Assembly (NCBI GenBank): GCA_002716355.1
Contig: PBAU01000015.1
Coordinates: forward strand, 1-15,233
From: a bacterium
GTDB taxonomy: Bacteria > UBP7 > UBA6624
Length of the DNA: 15,233 nucleotides
Direction of reading: 5' to 3'
The notes beneath the pieces are model-generated. The model saw only the letters and a list, made by a program, of their open reading frames with translations, was not told the origin of the DNA and did not search any database. A program made the translations under genes and the position numbers. Every line of letters begins with the position of its first letter. Within the stretch, counting starts at the first letter, position 1. Positions 14,254 to 15,233 of this stretch are shown in pieces.

Positions 14254-15231
14254 TTATTCTATTAAAGCCCGCGCCTGATCAAAATTTTCTAATGCAGATT
14301 GAAACTGGCTATCAATTTTTAAACGATTATAATATAAATAGTCTTTACCCCATAATTGAGATGATAATTCTGATTGTATTCTATTATTAATTATTGTCCA
14401 ATTCAATAACAAGCTATCTTCTGAATAGGTTAAGCTATATTCATCATCATTTTTAACTAATTGATTCAGCCAAACAAAGAATTTTTTTGATTTTAATTCA
14501 CTATTTAGAACAGTAGTATTAAATTGTTCAAAGTTAGCAAATTGATTGTATTGGTCTTTAATTTCTGTTGCATACTTAAATAAATATCTAGCAGGACTAA
14601 ATAATAATTTTTGAGAATCCTTTGTTAACGAAAAATTACTTTCTACAAAGATGTCTGGCGTGATACCCCCACCTCCATACACAGTACGTCCTTTTTTTGT
14701 TTTAAATTCAGGCTTATTATTATCGAGTGAATCACTGTGTTCTCTATTTTCTTTTTCTAAATCCATATAGTATTCATCAATTGCATCAAATGGACGCTGA
14801 ATAAGTCTACCTGATGGTGTATAATATTTTGCAACTGTAATACGTGCAGCTGCGCCATTTTCAAGCATATATTGTCGCTGAACTAATCCTTTACCAAAGC
14901 TTGTTTCTCCAATTACAATACCGCGATCTAAATCTTGTAACCCTCCTGCTATTATTTCGCTAGCGCTTGCAGAGGCACGATTAATTAATACTATAATAGG
15001 GAATTGCTTGTCTGTATAACGTTTTGTTGCAAAGTATACTTTATTAGCATTAGGAATTCTACCTTTTGTAAATAACAAAGTATCTTGCGAATTAACAAAT
15101 AAATCTAGTAGTTGCAATGCTTTATCCATTAAACCACCACCATTATTTCTTAAATCCAACACTAGTTGATTCATACCTATTGATTCTAATGAGTCAATTG
15201 ATGAGGAAATTTCTTTATATGTTTTATCCAT
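14254..15231 (-). CDS. ctpA: S41-family C-terminal processing (tail-specific) peptidase, 5' end cut by the window edge
   Basis: Catalytic-domain motifs LVLDLRNNGGG, NRASASASEIIAGGLQD (Ser nucleophile) and GETSFGKGLVQ (Lys general base). The PDZ domain that normally precedes LDLRNNGGG is absent, and the frame is open to the window edge, so the ATG at 15231 is probably internal. Confidence 0.88.
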   Translation of the reverse strand: MDKTYKEISSSIDSLESIGMNQLVLDLRNNGGGLMDKALQLLDLFVNSQDTLLFTKGRIPNANKVYFATKRYTDKQFPIIVLINRASASASEIIAGGLQDLDRGIVIGETSFGKGLVQRQYMLENGAAARITVAKYYTPSGRLIQRPFDAIDEYYMDLEKENREHSDSLDNNKPEFKTKKGRTVYGGGGITPDIFVESNFSLTKDSQKLLFSPARYLFKYATEIKDQYNQFANFEQFNTTVLNSELKSKKFFVWLNQLVKNDDEYSLTYSEDSLLLNWTIINNRIQSELSSQLWGKDYLYYNRLKIDSQFQSALENFDQARALIE

Positions 15232-15233
15232 AA

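Noticed and set aside
1-15233. Scan for CRISPR arrays, tRNA/rRNA genes, IS elements, integrases and long direct or inverted repeats
   Set aside because: The only non-coding stretches longer than 70 nt (3866-3957, 5479-5562, 8224-8394, 14181-14253) contain no repeat-spacer periodicity, cloverleaf-like structure or terminal inverted repeats. No ORF shows transposase or integrase motifs.

Overview
Strongly AT-rich bacterial chromosomal window (about 30% G+C by eye, not computed). I call 15 protein-coding genes and one clear intrinsic terminator. I found no rRNA or tRNA genes, CRISPR arrays, transposases or integrases. Layout: (1) 57-3865 (+) is a tight four-gene cassette: MotA/PomA-type stator channel, MotB (OmpA-like peptidoglycan anchor), a 435-aa two-TM protein I read as a shortened, divergent FliF-like ring protein, and a full three-domain FliG homologue. 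A strong bidirectional hairpin terminator (3894-3926) closes it. (2) 3958-5478 (-) is a secreted protein of unknown function with a C-terminal tandem dockerin-type repeat. (3) 5563-8223 (-) is pyruvate phosphate dikinase. (4) 8395-12117 (+) is a SpoVG-family gene 12 nt upstream of a type-B (dihaem cytochrome b, Bacillus/Bacteroides-like) sdhC-sdhA-sdhB succinate dehydrogenase/fumarate reductase operon. (5) 12123-14180 (-) is exbB-exbD-exbD-tonB. (6) 14254-15231 (-) is a 5'-truncated S41 C-terminal processing peptidase. The gene content is loosely reminiscent of the Fibrobacteres-Chlorobi-Bacteroidetes neighbourhood, but taxonomy cannot be established here. Most interesting: (a) the stator-plus-rotor module (motA-motB-fliF-like-fliG) has no export-apparatus or C-ring genes beside it, a drastically shortened FliF-like partner and a FliG whose torque helix has lost the canonical acidic pair; (b) the SpoVG protein carries a disordered acidic tail ending in DDDIPF, identical to the E. 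coli SSB C-terminal interaction tip. All homology calls come from reading the translations against remembered family motifs. No searches were run.
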